Shown here: one piece after another, positions 36,117 to 39,152 of the stretch
Numbering within the stretch: the first letter of the stretch is position 1
Layout: every line of letters begins with the position of its first letter
Assembly (NCBI GenBank): GCA_000826855.1
Contig: JTLS01000037.1
Coordinates: 1 to 39,152, forward strand
From: Basidioascus undulatus
Taxonomy: Eukaryota
Length of the DNA stretch: 39,152 bases
Direction: 5' to 3'
Made by a program: the position numbers and the translations under genes
The notes under the pieces: generated by a model
What the model saw: the letters and a program-made list of their open reading frames with translations, nothing else
Told to the model about the DNA's origin: nothing
Database searches by the model: none

Positions 36117-37464
36117 TCAGCGCGCCCGCTGCGTCAACCACGCAAGGACGATGTCGAGGTTGTGTCTGCTCTTCATCGAGCAGGAGTAGCACTGTGCCCC
36201 AGCGTGTGCGTCCGTCCATCCATCCGTCAGGTTACGCATCTCTTCGCGAGAAGGGGAAAGGCGTACGGAAACGGGCCGGTTCGAGATCTTGTTCAGTTCC
36301 CTGTACTCCCGCCGCAGAACACATCAGTAAGGACTGCCCTCCACTTCCCACTGGACAAGGACCAGGTAAGCGAACACGCACAGCGCCTCAATCAGCTCCT
36401 CCACGCTCAGGTGCGGGGCGAGGTCGTTCTTGTTCCCCAACTGTCACCCGGTGGCATCAACATCCACGCACACCTGAGAAGCGAGAATGGGGAGGGAGAG
36501 GGCAATGGGGGGCAAAGTTTCACGCACAACCAGCAGAGGAACCCTGTTTAGCGGTTCGCGCTGGAGGAGCGCGTGGAGCTCTGCTTGGGCGGAGGGGAGT
36601 AAGGAGGGCTGGCGAGGGGTGAAGTGGGTCAGGTGTTGGTTGGAGAGGGGGGGGGGAGAGGAAGGGGGGGAGGTTGGAGTGAGAGGGGAGAGGGTGAGGG
36701 GCCGTGGGTAGGGGAGGAACACACTTCGGCTGAGTCGACGACAAACACGATCGCGTCTGTGCCGCGGCAGTAGCGGTCCCACCTGTTCGGGTACGGTGTT
36801 AGGTTTCAGAGAGAGGGGAAGGAGAAGGTAGGGAAGGGTGTATTGGGAAACGCACAGTGTTCGGAATTTGGGCTGCCCTGGGGGAGGTGGGGAGGGGGGT
36901 CAGTGCAGGTCAGGAGAGGCGACAGGCCAGGGGACGCAAAGTACCTGCTCTGGATACCGAACGAGGAAGGCGCGGTCAGTAGGAGAGGACGGGCGGGGTG
37001 GAGATAGCGGAAAAGACGCACACATCCCACACTTTCATCTGCACGCCCCCGCGCTTCACTTGCCGGAGGCTGAACGCGACGGTGGGAGTCACATCCTGCA
37101 CCCATCCACACCGTGAACCCGAGCCGGCGTGGGCGCAGAGTAAGAGGAAGGGAGGAAGGGAAGACGAACCTCGCTCCACTGATCGAACCCCAACGCATTG
37201 ACAAGGGACGTCTTGCCCGCCGCCTTCCCTCCGCACCATCTCCAAGTCATTAGCGTTCCCATTCACAATTATAGAAGCAAGGACGGGATAGGATCGAGAG
37301 GCGAACGACGCACTTGAAGCCCTACGATGGCGATCTCGAGCTCCTTTGCGAACAAGAGCGAGCGGAAGAAGTTGATTCTGGGCCCCTTCCACCGCGCACG
37401 CTCAGCCTGGGGGTCTTGCTAGAGAAACACAACGTCATACGCACATTGATGCGAGGATCGGCAT
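36117..37464 (-). CDS. ARL8: Arf-like GTPase Arl8
   Basis: Spliced: MPILASIINFFRSLLFAKELEIAIVGLQAAGKTSLVNALGFDQWSEDVTPTVAFSLRQVKRGGVQMKVWDVAGQPKFRTLWDRYCRGTDAIVFVVDSAE...ELHALL...PLLVLGNKNDL...CYSCSMKSRHNLDIVLAWLTQRAR*. WxRYCRG, CYS and the lack of Gly2 are Arl8 hallmarks. Confidence 0.93.
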
Positions 37465-37843
37465 ATCGTATCGTAGGGAGGGCTGAGAGACGAGAAGGAG
37501 GCGAGATAGCAAGTTGAGGAGCGAGCAGAATGGCGTTCACATGGCAATTGCGTCACGTGCGCGCTGGGTTTCGGACAATTTTCAGCAGATTTAAGGGGTT
37601 TCTACACGCGGGCCTTCTACAGGACTTGCATCGAGTGAGGCGTACACTCATCTGGACCATCAAATCAGACCAGAATAAAAGGAAATGCACATGGACACGA
37701 GTGTGGAAGGTCTGCAACGTTGATATCGCACGCGGTCTTACGGTTCGAGGCGGGCAGGTTCGCTCATTTCGACGCGTCTTCTCGCTTCGCTTTCTCTTCC
37801 TTTCTTCCTCCTTTCCACTCATCTCGCTTGCTTCGAGTCAATC

Positions 37844-39152
37844 ATGTCACTACGTCTTCTTCATCTCCACCTAAACCGGCATCTCGCCCTCCCCCTCACC
37901 CGTCGCTCCCTCTCCTCCGCCGCCCCGCCCCTCTCCTCCAAGCTCTCCAAGCGTCTCCAGGCGCTCCGCGAGGCCAAGCAGGACGCCCCCGCGCCAGCTG
38001 CCTCTTCGCTGAAGAGGAGGCGGAGGCGGGGCAAGACGGTCGGGGGCGAGGCGGTGGCGAAGGTGGAGAAGGAGGCGGCGAAGGAGGGGGTGAAGGGGAG
38101 ACGGAGGAAGGTGAAGAAGACGAAGGCTGCGGAGAAGAAGGAGGGGGGTGAGATTGGTGAGGATGGTCCGTCCGGTCTTTGTGCTTTGTATCCACCTGCC
38201 ACCGCGCTCACACTTCCACAGCTTCGTCCGCTGCCGCTGCCGCCGCCTCAACCTGGGGGGCCGACTCCCTCCCCTCCGGTCTCGAATATACCCGAGACCT
38301 GCCCCCGCACCTCAAGTCCCTCCCCACCTCCTCCTCCTCCTCCACCTCCTCCCCCCACTCCTCCACCCGCGCCCGCTCCCGTTCTTCCCCCCCCGACTGG
38401 CGGCCACACCACACCGCGCAGCACGCAACCCTGCACCCGTACCGCTCAGCGCCGATCGAGCCCGTCATGCCCGCCGAGGCGCAGCCGCCCATCCCGCGCC
38501 TCCGCCCGCCCCTCACGCGCACGCTCTTCCAGCCGTCCCACCCCCTCTGGCTGCGATGCCCGAGGACGGGCGTGTACAACTTCCCGCCCAGCTTGGAGGA
38601 GATTGTGAAGCCGGAGGAGTTTGATTTTGGGCGGCTGCCGCCATATATGACTAGCTCGAGGGATAGGGTGCGCTTTCCTCCTCTCCCCTCCCCCTCTCCC
38701 CCTCTTCAGCTCCTCCCCTCTACTCCTCTGCGCCTTGTCTCTTCCTCCTTCCTCTGTCCGCCTTCCCCTGGGCACGCAATTGAGCAAACCTGCCTGTGCG
38801 CACCCAGGACCTAGCGAACCTCGCCCGGCGCGAGTCGCTCCGCTACGTGGGCAGCACATCCAGCATGACCGCCGTCCTCGCGCACATCTACTTCCTCATC
38901 TCCGGCTGGCGCGAGGTCTCGACCGCAAGCCTGTCCAGCGCGTTCAAGGACGAGGTGCGGCGCCTCCCTCCTTCCCATCCCACTGCCTCTCCCCACCTTC
39001 TTTCCTCGTCTTTTTTTGCTCCTTCTTGCAGTGTTTCTGACGAGGATGCACGGGGTCAGTCTACAATGTTCAACGCCTCGTCCAGACTGCCCGCGTCCAT
39101 CTTGCTCCGGCTGCTCGACCCGCCCACCCCCACCGACCCCCCTTCTTCCACC
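37844..39152 (+). CDS. PET127: Mitochondrial RNA 5'-processing exonuclease Pet127, 5' part only
   Basis: Presequence-like MSLRLLHLHLNRHLALPLTRRSLSS; IPRLRPPLTRTLFQP...LRCPRTGVYNFPPSLEEI...FDFGRLPPYMTSSRD...RYVGSTSSMTAVLAHIYFLISGWR, the conserved Pet127 N-terminal block. Confidence 0.9.

Noticed and set aside
36441..36527. Internal CAG|GTGTGC in an ARL8 intron suggesting recursive or nested splicing
   Set aside because: The remaining piece would be only 33 nt and contains an in-frame stop; a single 87-nt intron already gives the expected LLV-LGNK.
37735..37760. GGTTCGAG resembling a tRNA T-loop/B-box
   Set aside because: No cloverleaf stems or acceptor pairing around it.

Overview
Eukaryotic, intron-rich fungal DNA, most likely a basidiomycete; Pucciniomycotina-like is an inference from short introns with GTGCGT/GTCCGT/GTTCGT donors and very high intron density. 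The ORF track is mostly exon fragments and shadow ORFs, so genes were rebuilt by manual splicing. In order: SHR3 (-, runs off the left edge); a possible orphan gene; a mitochondrial RsfS/iojap-like protein (+); kexin KEX2 (+); Rab6/YPT6 (-); TAP42 (-); a GH105 unsaturated rhamnogalacturonyl hydrolase with no signal peptide (-), divergent from a Dal5/ACS-family MFS transporter (+); a secreted expansin-like DPBB protein (-); amino-acid permease copy 1 (-); a DUF2462 small basic protein (-); a zinc alcohol dehydrogenase (+); amino-acid permease copy 2 (-); ARL8 (-); PET127 (+, runs off the right edge). No tRNA, rRNA, CRISPR array or recognisable mobile element was seen. Best leads: the GH105-transporter pair, intron turnover between the two permease paralogs, microexons carrying catalytic motifs (down to 5 nt), a visibly lower-GC and intron-dense central block, and co-location of the permeases with Shr3 and Tap42. 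Nothing here can be shown from sequence alone to be a new system.
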